Of a stretch of DNA of 64,000 nucleotides, positions 1-12,013 are shown piece by piece; positions within the stretch are counted from its first letter, which is position 1, and the number at the start of each line of letters is the position of its first letter. The notes beneath the pieces are model-generated. The model searched no databases. It was not told the origin of the DNA and worked only from the letters and a program-made list of their open reading frames with translations. Location: contig NC_058368.1 in the NCBI RefSeq assembly GCF_018350175.1, positions 133,116,001 through 133,180,000 of the forward strand, in the 5' to 3' direction. Source of the stretch: Felis catus (Eukaryota). Both the position numbers and the translations under genes were made by a program.

Positions 1-29
1 AAAATTGCATTTAAAAATGGAAGTGGTGA

Positions 30-192
30 TTTTTTTATAACTTTTTGTAATATTTGTATTTATTTTTGAGAGAGAGAGAGAGGCATAGAGCTGTCAGCAC
101 AGAGCCTGACATGGGGCTTGAACTCACAAACTGCAAGATCATGGCCTGAGCTGAAGCTGGACGCTTAGCCAACTGATCCACCCAGGCGCCCC
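30..192 (-). mobile_element. CAN-SINE (SINEC), internally deleted
   Basis: Reverse complement of the SINE head (…cccaggcgcccc at 181-192), body gagctgtcagcacagagcc, (GA)n and T-rich tail. Confidence 0.9.
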
Positions 193-819
193 AGTGATGT
201 ATTTTTATAGACCTAAAAAAAATTTGTCCTAGGCTTATATTCCCAAAAAGATTTAAGAATCAAGGCACAGAAACCAGATGATTTAAAAAATGTAAAGATT
301 AATTTGATTATCCTACAAGTCCAAGTATTTAAATCATATTTTGAGATCATTATTTCATTATGGTAAATGTTTTTTTCTTCCATTTTATTTTATTATTTAA
401 TATGAGTCATTTTATTGTTCTCCAAGGGTATAACTTTTAAATGAGTTAAAATGTTATATCACATTTTCCTTTATAACATGCAATTTAATTATTGTACTTA
501 ATTCACTTAAGTGTTCATTTTCAGACTCAATTTGTAAGTGTCTTTCAAGTTACTGGATATAGAACTTCTTTTTCCTCATCATTCTCTTTTCTTTTACTTT
601 TCCTTTCCTTTCCCTCTTTGTCGTAAAGTAAATTCTTCAGCATTATCTCTTGCTTGCAGGTTTTCACAGTTGTAGCCCATAAGAGCTAGGAGTGACTGGT
701 GAGGTCCTCCTGTCTTGGGGTTCCTGACCTATTGTTGGCTTACATGTGTGAAGCCCTAGATAGGCTTTATCTATCTATTTATTTATCAAAGTGAGACTTG
801 CAGCTGCTCAAGTGGGGAG

Positions 820-932
820 CTTTTATGGGGACCCTTGAAATTGTGTGTGCAGTTTTGCATTCATGGCCATTTCTCTGGGAGGAGGGTCTATAGCTTCATC
901 AAATCCTCAGAGGTATCCTTGACCCTATTAAG
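820..932. mobile_element. Ancient hAT-type DNA transposon remnant
   Basis: ggggacccttgaaattgtgtg…ggagggtctatagcttcatcaaatcctcagagg…gaccc resembles hAT-Charlie MITE consensus as I recall it. Confidence 0.45.
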
Positions 933-1092
933 TGAGTGTCATTGATGAGAAAGGCAATGCCCAAGAAGAGAAAATAGCTCATCCGGGACCTCGTAAATAA
1001 GTAGGGACAGACTCAGGGGTACAAACTAGGTCTTCTGGCTTCCAGTACAAGGTGTTTCCTGCTGCGTTACAAAAACAGGGTTAGCTTCAGTT

Positions 1093-1572
1093 AAAAAAAA
1101 TTTTGTTTTAAATGTTTACTTATTTTTGGGGCGCCTGGGTGGCGCAGTCGGTTAAGCGTCCGACTTCAGCCAGGTCACGATCTCGCGGTCTGTGAGTTCG
1201 AGCCCCGCGTCGGGCTCTGGGCTGATGGCTCAGAGCCTGGAGCCTGTTTCCGATTCTGTGTCTCCCTCTCTCTCTGCCCCTCCCCCGTTCATGCTCTGTC
1301 TCTCTCTGTCCCCCCCCCCCAAAAAAAATAAATAAACGTTGAAAAAAAAATTAAAAAAAATGTTTACTTACTTTTGAGAGTGGGGGTGGGGTGGGGGAGA
1401 CAGAGTGCGAATGGGAGAGGGGCAGAGAGAGAAGGAGATACAGAATCCAAAGCAGGCTCCAGGCTCTGAGCTGTCACCACAGAACCTGATGTGGGGCTTA
1501 AACTCACGAACTATGAGATCATGACCTGAGCTGAAGTTGGACGCTTAACCGACTGAGCCACCTAGGCACCCT
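1093..1572 (-). mobile_element. Older CAN-SINE, interrupted in its tail by a younger SINE
   Basis: Head rc …cctaggcaccc at 1561-1572; degenerate TSD ggttagcttcagtt / ggcttagtttcaatt. Confidence 0.9.
1128..1357 (+). mobile_element. Young felid SINE (SINEC_Fc2-like)
   Basis: ggggcgcctgggtggcgcagtcggttaagcgtccgacttcagccagg… with CpGs intact, (CT)n, A tail; TSD aaatgtttactta(t/c)tttt at 1110-1127 / 1358-1375. Confidence 0.95.
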
Positions 1573-3712
1573 GGCTTAGTTTCAATTTTAATGGAGTAAG
1601 TTTATGTGCAGTTTTTATGTCTTCTTAAATCTGTATGCCACAGATGCCTAAGGAATTAAAAATAAATTACTAATAAAATCAGAACAATGAAAACATCTTA
1701 TTGACCAATCGAGACCAAAATGCTAAGTTGCAAGTATTTGGTTTTCCTTCATAGAAAATTTTGCCTCCTCCCAGTAGGCCGGTATCATATATATCTGAAG
1801 ACAAAGCGAATGAGGGAGGATGGGGGGCAGAGAGAAAGAGGCAGGCAGGGGGTTCATGAGTGTTGGGGGTGTGGGGTGGGGGTAAACCAGGGAAAGAATA
1901 GTAAAAACTTCCAAGTAACCAAGTCCTTTCTCCTCCCTAACTTGTAACGGATGATGGGGCACCCTCCCTTGGGAGAACCCAGAATTATTGAAATTTCCAA
2001 AATACTAGCTCTGCCACTCCTCTAAGTTAGGTAAGTTTATCAAAGTGAGACTTGCAGCTGCTCAACAATTGTCCATAGGGACACTGCACATCCCTGCAAG
2101 AACCTCCATGCACTGAGCGCTCTCTCGGGAAGTTTGCCAGCACCAGTTGGCACCATAAATGAAGCTGAAAGAGCACAGTGTTTGAGGAGCACTCTTAGCA
2201 CCTCTCCTGGAACACTCCTCCCTGACTCCTAACCCTGCTGGGTTCTGAGAGCCCTCCCGTGCGCTGCATGACCTGAGAAGAATATTCTGTCCTGTTTTCC
2301 ACGTTTGCTTTGAGTTGTTTGATCAGGTAGTAAAGATTTTAACTTCATTGTCCACATGAATGCAAATAACCAATTATCAACTCCTTCCCAACTCTGATTG
2401 TGGCCACCTCATTGATTGTTAACTATGAATGGATTTTCCTTTCTCTTAGAGCAGAGGTGCAGTCTTCAGTATGCAGGGAAAGGTGCCTTTTTCCCCCCAG
2501 TGGTGATAAAGATGACGGTTTAATCTTTTTTTCTCATGCTCTAATATAATAGAATCGAATCATGCCCGGGCAGTTTAATCATACCTGTCAACATGGTGGC
2601 TGTAATTCTGTTTTATTAGCAGTATTTAAAAATCTGCGGAAACTCAGATTACTCAACTGGCCAAACAGCTTGACATCTCTTTCCAAACAACCACAAAAAA
2701 TTTAAATCAGGTCAAAGGAAAGGAAGGAAGCAAGGATGACAAAGTAACTGAGTCTATGACAGAGGCCTTTTGGGCCAGACCGTGTGACTGCCTGCTGCTT
2801 GAGAGGGGGCGGGAGGGCCAAAGTCCAGAGAAGCTGCAGAGGGGATGCCATCCCTGACCCTGGGCCGCTGACCACACACCCTTGAGTGAAATGCTAGTGA
2901 GACTTCAGGTTGGTTCTAGGGAGGGTGTTGATGTCAGGTCTGCTCTGGGGCTTTCCAGTCTTTTCTTCGTCCTGCTTTGCTCCCAAGACGCATGGACCTC
3001 AGGGTTATTTGCACCTCCATGGCTGATGTGTTGGGTGGGTTTTGACTCTGATGGGCTCCTGGTCACCCTTTCCTTTGGCCTTGCGAAGTGCAAGTCCTGC
3101 TGCTGTACCCCTTCCCCGAATTTGCCATCTTTCTCTAGGCTTTCAGGGACAGGCAGTGATTTCAGGGGCGGGCATCCAATAGATTGGCAAGACTAAGGTC
3201 TCAGCAGCAAACAGAGGCATCTCTTTCAACCGTCTGCAATTTAACAACATTTACTAAGCCTCTGGCTATGGTGGCAACCATATGGTGTCATGTTCTGGAG
3301 CATACAGCATTTGGTGGCAGCCTACTATCCTCAAGGGGGGCATAGGGATGAGGTTTTAATACAACAAGACCATGATTTTGCTTGTGGGAAACACCATCTG
3401 CCAGCTTCCGTTTCCATCCATAGGTGGAAGGAGTAGGCAGGATGGTACATAGCAGGCAAGCTTAAGCACTTGCATTTACTTGGCTAGTGGACTTCGGGTT
3501 TGAGTTCAAAAGTTAGGTATCACCCTGTGAACTTGCCACCATACAGATGGCCAGTGTGATATATAAGTAAATCCAAGCACCTGATGGCAGAAACTTCTTT
3601 GGCTTCTAGAGGATTTTTTGGCAGAAGCTTCTTTGGTGGATTGCCAGAGATTTTTTTTGCATCATTGACATCAAAATTAGATGGAAGGGAATCTTGAACA
3701 GTCTGGCAGCAG

Positions 3713-3714
<2 letters not shown>

Positions 3715-3751
<37 letters not shown>

Positions 3752-3761
3752 TGTGTGTGTG
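3715..3761. repeat. (TG)n microsatellite
   Basis: Read directly. Confidence 0.97.
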
Positions 3762-4259
3762 TAAGCATGTGAAGAACCTTGGCTTTGACAGTGAAAGGAG
3801 GCTAGCCTTATAAAATTTCAGGGGCAGCGTTTGGGGGGAAGGCCAAGAAGTAGTTAAAAGGCTTACAGTTTATTTTTTACTAAAATATCCACAAATATCC
3901 AGTAGAATATGACCATTTATGCCACCACCCCAAAGTAGACAGCCTGGTAACAGAATCTGAGAGGGACTGACAATAATTATAAAGCAGTTGGGATTAGACT
4001 AGGAAAAACTACTCAAGCTCTAGGGTCGTTTCCAAAGCAGACGGTCTTAAAAAAATGTCAAGAGGTACTGCGTATCCCACTACTCTTTATCCTCTCACTC
4101 TGAGAACTTTGGCCCTATATAACTTGAAAACGATCAGTTGCATTTTTTTATGTCCCCCTCTTTGAGGATTGAAAAGTACATATTTTTTCCCAGGTGTTTC
4201 CTTTATGAACTTTACATATCTAGGCGGAGCTTGAAAATCTAAAAAATCATGTGAGACTG

Positions 4260-4261
<2 letters not shown>

Positions 4262-4306
<45 letters not shown>

Positions 4307-4326
4307 TGCACATGCGCACGTGTGTG
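4262..4326. repeat. (TG)n microsatellite
   Basis: Read directly. Confidence 0.97.
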
Positions 4327-4399
4327 CACACATGTACATATAATAGCACTGTATATTCTGGCAGATGCAGTCTTGTGAATAAAGCACTAGTTTAAGTGC

Positions 4400-4600
4400 G
4401 GGCACCTGGGTGGCTTAGTAGGTTAAGCGTCAGATTTTGACTCAGGCATGGTCTTCCAGTTCGTTTCAGCCCCCGTTGGGCTCTGTGCTGACAGCTCAGG
4501 GTCTGGAGCCTGCTTCACATTCTGAGTCTCCCTATCTCTCTGACCCTCCCCAGCTCATGCTCTCTTTCTCTCTCAAAAATAAACATTAGAAAAAAAAACA
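4400..4600 (+). mobile_element. CAN-SINE
   Basis: gggcacctgggtggcttagtaggttaagc head, CT tract, aataaa and A tail; degenerate TSD cactagtttaagtgc / cattagtttaggagc. Confidence 0.92.
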
Positions 4601-4779
4601 CATTAGTTTAGGAGCAGAGGCAGGAAGCGCATGCTGGGAATTCGAGTCTGTCATGTACTCCATTGGTTCAAGTATGAGAGAATAAGGAAGAAGAGGTACG
4701 AATAGATACATCTGCAACAAATCAGTGATCATTAGATGAAAACCCATACAAAGCCAAGAATTAGCCTGGGAGATTGGCA

Positions 4780-6135
4780 TATCACACTGTCTGTTGACAA
4801 ACTCTGAGGCCAGATAGATGTTTCATTCAAGGAAAAAAGAACAATGACATGGAGCACATGAAAAAAAAATTGTGTGGAGCAATGGAAAGGATATATGATC
4901 TGGACGCTCGGAGGAAAAGTATACCTTTAAAAATCACCTCCCACAGAACCCAGAAGAAAATTTCATAAGGTTTTTTGACATTCTTGAAATAGTTCAAGAA
5001 GACTTGACCTCTATGAATCAGGAGAGAAAGCCAGAAGTGAAAAAGAGCTGAAATGAAAAGACAGTCGAATAAGATAAAAAGGCAGTTAGATGAATCAAGA
5101 GAGGATTGCTCACAGCTGGAATGTCTTTGCAGAATTAACAATTACATTGAAGGCAGCAAAAGCAGAATCGAGGTGAAAAAAAGCTGAATTAAAATGTCCC
5201 ACAGTCTTTTTAAAAGGAAATATATTATATTAAATTAACAATAATCTGGATTTTAAAGTCCATATTGTATTAATAAAAAAAAACCTGCACGTGAATGGAA
5301 GAGAAGAAGGAATGTGCTGAATTTCCTACCTCAAGTAGAGGCAACTGAAAAAAATGCAATATTCTCTTGGTTTTGATGGAGAAATATAGGCTACAGAATT
5401 ATTTACAGAGGTATTAGATTATTTAGTGCAATAAAAAAAGCTAATTTCCAGAATTCTGGAGAATATAAATCAATACCAACTGAGCCAACATAGAATGAAA
5501 AAAAAATCAAGATAGTAAAAAATGTAAAAGTAAATGAACACCATGAAAACCTGGAATACTGTGATAAAAATGAGAAAATCCAGCTCAGTTGCAATAGTAA
5601 ATATAAATGGGATAAAATATCCTCAGTAAATGAGGTTGTGTTTCATACTTTGTCAGAAAACAGAATCCAAACTTATGCTATTGAAAAGCAGTAGACTTAA
5701 AGTGAAGCAGATAATTAAATGTAAAAGGATGGGTGTAGGTATATCAGATAATTGAAAAAAATTAAAAGCAGGGGATAACGTAAATACAATAAGGTAGAAT
5801 TTAAACAACCAATGAAATAAGGTTAAATAAGATGGGATTGTTTATATTAATAAAACAAATTATTGTCAAAAATATATAACTGTCACAAACTCTTATGAAC
5901 CAAATAATATTGCTTCAAAACATACAAATCAAATAATGTTAGAAATAATGTAGAAATAAAATCTGAACAGCATCACTAATAAGGTTACTTATTATATATA
6001 CATATTCTTTTCAAGTGTCTGTGAAAATATTACTAAAACACCTAAAATAGATCTCAAAGAAAAGTAAATACATTTTCCAAAGACTAAAAGTTAATAAAAC
6101 AACCAATAATAAGCATTATAAAACAATTTCCTAAA
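4780..6135 (+). mobile_element. Highly decayed old L1 (ORF1 end and start of ORF2 endonuclease)
   Basis: A-rich; motifs aaatataaatggg, aaatgtaaaaggatgg, aaagcagggg, tatgaaccaaataa resemble the NVNG / KVKGW / KAGV / YAPN codons of L1 EN; no intact ORF. Confidence 0.6.
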
Positions 6136-6180
6136 TATCTTTGAGGTCAGGTGGAAATAAAGCATTGTCTCAGAGCCTTA

Positions 6181-6406
6181 TTTTTTTTTCCTTTTTTTTT
6201 AAAAAAATATTTATTTATTTTTGAGAGAGAGTGAGAGAGAACCCAAGCAGGAGAGGGGCAGAGAGAGGGAGACACAGAATCCGAAACAGGCTCCAGGCCC
6301 CGAGCTGTCAGCACAGAGGCTGATGGAGGGCTTGAACCCACGAACTGTGAGATCATGACCTGAGCTGAAGTCAGATGCTTAACTGACTGAGGCTCCCAGG
6401 CGCCCC
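6181..6406 (-). mobile_element. CAN-SINE
   Basis: Head rc ending cccaggcgcccc; TSD ccttattttttt. Confidence 0.93.
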
Positions 6407-7949
6407 ATCCTTATTTTTTCTTGATTAGAATTTTCTACTTCAGAATATTGTGGAGTCTTTTTCTCTTAATATCATTAAGAAAATGCTACAACAGCCATGT
6501 TCTTAGATTGGTTTAAATAAGTCTAAATAAATAAATAAATGTTTAAATGGTTTAAGTAGTGTTATCTGCAAGTGTGTCCTGAGATTTCTAAATGTGTCTT
6601 CTAAGTTTACTAGAATGCCCCATCCCCATTAAGATCATTACCGCTTTCAATGCAAAAACAAAATAAAATGGACAAAACTCAATCTCCCAATCAAACAAAA
6701 GAAAAAAACCAGAACAGTGAAAACAAAACAAAATCCAACTGAACAAAAACCAACCCTCCAAAAAAGGCTGAAATACAGCAACACCCTATCACCACCACCA
6801 CAACCCCTGTATCCTTGTGATCCCGCATGGTGCAAGAACTTTTTCAAACACACATCTTTTCCAACTCTCCAGTTTGTATGGTGCCACCAGCCCCTGGTTG
6901 TTTTACTTATTTGCATGACTTACCTGGCCTTATACATTTGGATTTGCAATCCTTGATAAAGTCTAAGAGTTCAAAAAGAGATTCTTATTTTCTTCTTTGA
7001 GTGAAAAAGCTATTGGGTGGGACTTTGCCCTCATAGAGTCTGCTGGGGGAGGGGCTGGAGCCATCTTCCAAGTATAAAATAAGTTCAGATGAAGCCTGCA
7101 TTGGAAAGGCTGCAGGGGGGCTGTGCAAAAATTCTAAGCAAGTGTGACTGTTCTATCTGGATTGGGAGGTGAGCCAACTACACCTTCCTAAATCAAAATA
7201 GAGAAATGGAAGGAAGATTTATGCAGTAATGGGTTATAGATTTATTAGAATGGTCTTAATATTTCCTGTAGGCACTGATATTCTGAGGTTTCTAAATCTA
7301 TCTTTTGGGTATATTTAGTTCCTAGGTATCCTTGCATTCATTCATTTATATTGGCCTCATTTTTAAAGGATTTGAGGCAATTACTACCAATGGGTAGAGA
7401 GCAGTCTGCCCCAGAGACAAGCAAAAAGAGAAGTTTAAGATTGATCATAAAATGGAATAGAATCCAGTTTGCTTTTTTATTAGCACCTGTACTGGGAATT
7501 CTAAACAGTATCAATGATAAAATATTCCTTCTTGTCAAGATGGACAACTCTATCATTTATTTTAAATACAAACAGTATCTGTATCTATTTAAAATAGGTG
7601 TTTATATTTATTTTAAATCATGCTTCAAAACTGTGTATCGTTTCCTATAAATTGTAATGTAGTCAGTGTCAGTGCTTCATTTGTAATACAAATTTATTTT
7701 CAGTGCAGAACATGTGTGCTATGCCTATAAAATAATGGGTCACATTTCTATAGGACTCAGCCCGTGACTTGCTTAGATAAATTACCTGGGTAAGCTGCCC
7801 TTGTCTTCAGACCATTCATCAGCCATCACCAATAGCCTACTCCTAGTTGCTCAGTTTAAGGCAGATGAACTAAGAAATAATAAAATTCTCAGTATATGCT
7901 AGTGTTTCAAGCCTGTACTTTTTTTTTTTTTTTAAAGAAAGACCTTTTT

Positions 7950-8172
7950 AAAAAAGTTTTTTTTAATGTTTGTTTATTTTTGAGAGAGAGAGAGAGACAG
8001 AGCACAAGCAGGGGAGGGGCAGAGAGAGAGAGGAGGACCCAGAATCTGAAGCAGGCTCTGGGCTCAGAGCTGTCAACACAGAGCCCGATGTGGGGCTTGA
8101 ACTCACGAACTGTGAGATCATGACCTGAGCCAAAGTCAGACGCTTAACCAACTGAGCCATCCAGGTGCACCT
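7950..8172 (-). mobile_element. CAN-SINE
   Basis: SINE body; TSD taaagaaagacctttt at 7933-7948 / 8172-8187. Confidence 0.93.
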
Positions 8173-8199
8173 AAAGAAAGACCTTTTGTAAGGTGCTTA

Positions 8200-8396
8200 T
8201 TTTTTCAAGTTTATTTATTTATTTATTTTGGGGGGGGGTGTGTTGCAGAGAGAGAGGGAGAGAGAGAATCCGAAGTAGGCTCTGTGTGCTCTCAGCACAG
8301 AGTGTGATGAAGGGCTCGATGTCATGAACTGTGAGATCATGTCCTGAGCCAAAACAAGAGTCAAATGCTCACCTGACTGAGCCACCCAGGTGCCCC
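8200..8396 (-). mobile_element. CAN-SINE (older subfamily)
   Basis: Head rc gccacccaggtgcccc; T-rich tail. Confidence 0.9.
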
Positions 8397-8428
8397 TCAA
8401 GCCTGCATTTAAAAAAAGTCAGGAAGTT

Positions 8429-8653
8429 GGGGCGCCTGGGTGGCGCAGTCGGTTAAGCGTCCGACTTCAGCCAGGTCACGATCTCGCGGTCCGGGAGTTC
8501 GAGCCCTGCGTCGGGCTCTGGGCTGATGATGGCTCAGAGCCTGGAGCCTGTTTCCGATTCTGTGTCTCCCTCTCTCTCTGCCTCTCCCCCGTTCATGCTC
8601 TGTCTCTCTCTGTCCCAAAAATAAATAAATGTTGAAAAAAAAAATTAAAAAAA
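8429..8653 (+). mobile_element. Young felid SINE (SINEC_Fc2-like)
   Basis: Near-identical to 1128-1357; TSD aaaaaaagtcaggaag at 8411-8426 / 8654-8669. Confidence 0.95.
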
Positions 8654-8946
8654 AAAAAAAGTCAGGAAGCATCACCCTAATTTATGTCTTTTTTTTTTAA
8701 GTTGCCATTTATATCTAGTGATTAGTAGAACCAACATTGTACCACATGTAGACTCAGTGAAATATTGGTTGAATGATTTTTCTTCCTAAAATGGTGCATA
8801 TCTATAATTTATCATCTGTATGCATTTAATCCATTTTAAATTAGCCCTCAAGCCAATTGCATGTAAATTATCAGCTTTCCACCGTCAGACTGGGATTTTT
8901 ATCTTCCCTTAAGGTAAGCAAATTTCACCTTTTTGTTAATACAGTA

Positions 8947-9275
8947 CAGTCTATCCTTTAACAATGATAGAATTAAGGGCACCAACCCCTGTGCAGTTGA
9001 AAACCCACGTATAACTTTTGATTCTCCCACAACTTAACTACTAATAGCATAATGCTGACTGAAGTCTTACCCATAACATAAACAGTCTATTAACCCATAT
9101 TTTGTATCTTATATGTATCACACACTCTATTTGTATAATAAAGTAAGCTAGAGAAAAGAAAATACTATTAAGAAAATCATAAGGAAGAGATCTTTACAGT
9201 ACTGTGCCTCATTATTATAAAAAATAAAACAAACGGACTTTGTAATTCAAACTCGTGTTGTTCAAGAGTCAACCA
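8947..9275. mobile_element. TcMar-Tigger MITE (Tigger2-like)
   Basis: TA flanks, decayed TIRs cagtctatcctttaacaa / ttgttcaagagtcaacca, internal gtataacttttgattctccc…aacttaactactaatagc. Confidence 0.8.
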
Positions 9276-9447
9276 TATTGCTAGGTGTTTTATTTATGCT
9301 CTCTCTCTTTGTGAAAGGAAGGTGAAGCCTGTAAACTGAAAGCTTTTTCACTCTTTTATGTTTTGTTATTTTCAAGAGCTAAGAACCAGGCTCCCAGGAA
9401 GGCAGGATGATGTAGTCACTTGGCTTGGAAGTACTAGTCATCTGCCT

Positions 9448-9462
9448 ATGTGTGTGTGTGTG

Positions 9463-9494
<32 letters not shown>

Positions 9495-9702
9495 GATAGA
9501 TAGATAGATTTATTTGTTTATTTATTTATTTATTTATTTAGACAATGAGCAGGGGAGGGGCAGAGAGGGAGGGGGGTCAGAGGATCCAAAGCAGGCTCTG
9601 TGCTGACAGCAGAGCCCAACATGGGGCTTGAACTCACGACCCACGAGTTTATGACCTGAGCCGAAGTCTGATGCTTAATTGACTGAGTCAGTCAGGCACC
9701 CC
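9448..9702 (-). mobile_element. CAN-SINE with compound (TG)n(TC)n(GATA)n(TTTA)n tail
   Basis: Head rc caggcacccc; TSD-like tgcctatgtg / tgcctgtgtg encloses the microsatellites. Confidence 0.88.
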
Positions 9703-10105
9703 TGCCTGTGTGACTTGGTTAGGAAGGTGTTAAACTCTTGACTCTTCTTTGGGAAAATTAAGATAACGTAAACATATTTTAATAAAACGTAGTGCATTCT
9801 GTACAGCACTGTCATTGGTTATGGGCCCCAAGGACAGTTTACTTTTCAAGAAAGTTTTCTGGTAGGAAGTGACCTTCTCTGTCCAGGTGGAATGTCTGCC
9901 TGTTGCTGTGGGCAGTAGTATGTCCAAACAAGAAAAGACACCAGGCACGAGTATTTGTGCCACAAGAAGAATAGCGGATGGTCTAGGACCGAAGACGTTG
10001 ACCCCATCAGTTAGATAAGCTAAAGAGAGGTTTATTCCTTGGCCATCAATTCAGTGCCCTTGTTGTGAGTTGGTCTGTTACCATCAGTCAATGAAAGGGA
10101 CCTAA

Positions 10106-10153
10106 GGGGTGCCTGGGTGGCTCAGTTGGTTAAGTGTCTAACGTCGGCTCAGG
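10106..10153 (+). mobile_element. CAN-SINE 5' head only
   Basis: ggggtgcctgggtggctcagttggttaagtgtctaacgtcggctcagg followed by unrelated sequence. Confidence 0.85.
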
Positions 10154-10574
10154 GGTTGACAGACAGAGGATTGACCAACACATTTTGGAAGGGCCACAAA
10201 AGACTGGCATTGGGGTATAAAAATTGCTGATTCTCAGAAGGTGAAAGAGGGCCTCAGACTTTTCAAGCACCTTTTTAGGGCATAATTATGAATGTATTCT
10301 TGCAGATACATTCAAATCCATGACACATTTTCATTGGCCACTTCTCCTTTTTTAATGCTCATGTCAGAGCCCTTACAACTTGATTCCCCACTGTTTGTGA
10401 GCACACAACCAAATGCTCAAGCAAATGGTACAGCAAGGGCTATATTAAAACTCTTTAACAGCTGGAGCCCTGATGCATCAGTACAGATGTGGACACCTGG
10501 CACAGCTGTATCAGTGTGTGCAGGCTGAGAGCTGGCCCTGGGGTAGTGAGGCCTGGGCTGACCTTGGAAACCTC

Positions 10575-10672
10575 ATTCATTCATTCATTCATTCATTCAT
10601 TTGTTTATGAGAGAGAGAGAGATAGCACGTGAGTGAGGGGCAGAGAGAGAAATAATCCCGGGGGGGGGGGGG

Positions 10673-10703
<31 letters not shown>

Positions 10704-10780
10704 AGAGAAGTGGGGCTTGAACTCGAGTCCTGTGAGATTATGACCTGAGCCAAAGTCAGATACTTAACTACTGCTGCCCT
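10575..10780 (-). mobile_element. Rearranged CAN-SINE with (TCAT)n, poly-G and (GA)n
   Basis: gtggggcttgaactc…tgacctgagccaaagtcaga; TSD cttggaaac on both sides. Confidence 0.85.
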
Positions 10781-10841
10781 GAACTTGGAAACTTTAGAAT
10801 GTCTTTGTTAGTTACTCCACCCCAACAGAAAACATGAATAG

Positions 10842-10843
<2 letters not shown>

Positions 10844-10884
<41 letters not shown>
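10844..10884. repeat. (CA)n microsatellite
   Basis: Read directly. Confidence 0.97.
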
Positions 10885-10886
<2 letters not shown>

Positions 10887-12013
10887 ATCAGAAGTGAAAT
10901 TTATCAGAATTAGATTAAGGGTCAAACCAAGGCAACAATTTAAAAAAGGTACCAAAAGATCATTGGAATGAAAGGGAAATATGATACCTGTTAACTCAGG
11001 GCTCCTTTCATAGTTAAAGCATAAATTCATTCCTTTTATTGAAATAAACAGTACTCTTAAGTGAAAGTATAAGGCCCTGATCTGATTCTCCTGGGTGCTT
11101 CTGTATGGTGCAAGATTCACAGTACAAATACACATTGTACCGCCAACTCAGTTACTTACCAGCTCATGATTGCCTGAAGTCTAGATCGAGTTCCACTGAG
11201 AAATTGAAAGTGGAGAAACCATAGTGTGTTGCTCTGTACCAGACTTGGTGACAGTGGCCATAGAAATCAGAGATTCCCAGTAGTTTGTCACCAGTACATA
11301 CTGATGAGATGTCGTAAGTGACTACATGTGTGCTAAGAGATACTGTTACATCCAGCCCTAAGGTGTCAGGGCAAGACCTGAGGGGGCAGGAGCCCCTGAC
11401 TCATCTGGGGCTCCTTGGAGGGTGGCCCAAGTGGGGCAGGGTCTCATGGTTTCCCTTTGGTCCCATTGGGTGGCAAATATGATAAGCAGCAGGCAGCACT
11501 CATGAGTGGAGGTTGATGAGCTGAGTGAGGGCAGAGTCCTACCACCCAGAGAACTATGTCAGCAGCCAGCTGTGGAGCACGCTGGTGCCACTCATTGTGG
11601 ACAAGGACCTACAGAGTTGTTGGAGAATTTGTGGTTTGATGTCCAAGAAGTAGGTGGTTGGATATAGGGGAGGGGCAGAGATTGGACAAGCTTCCTGTGG
11701 CCTTAGTTCCAGGTCCTGCCTCAGCATCAGACTAAGTATATGTATCAGTTTCTTATTGCCGCTGTAACACATTACCAAAAACTTAGTGGCTTAAACAAAA
11801 ACACAGATTTTATTGTCTTACAGTAGAACAGGTGGTGAGAAGTCTGAGATCGGTTTCACTGGACCAAAATCAAGATGCTGGCAGGGTTGCATTCCTTCTG
11901 GAGGATCTAGGGGAGAATCTGTTTCCTAATTTTTCCAGTTTCCAAAGGTCACTTGCATTCCTTGGCTCATGACGCATCCCTCAATCTTCAAAGCCAACAG
12001 CATGGTGTCTTCA

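Noticed and set aside
1128..1200. tRNA-like A/B box sequences
   Set aside because: These are tRNA-derived SINE heads followed by CT tracts and A tails, not tRNA genes.
1821..1882. G-run cluster (possible G-quadruplex); similar at 21231-21250 and 38554-38620
   Set aside because: Common in this base composition, with no supporting context.
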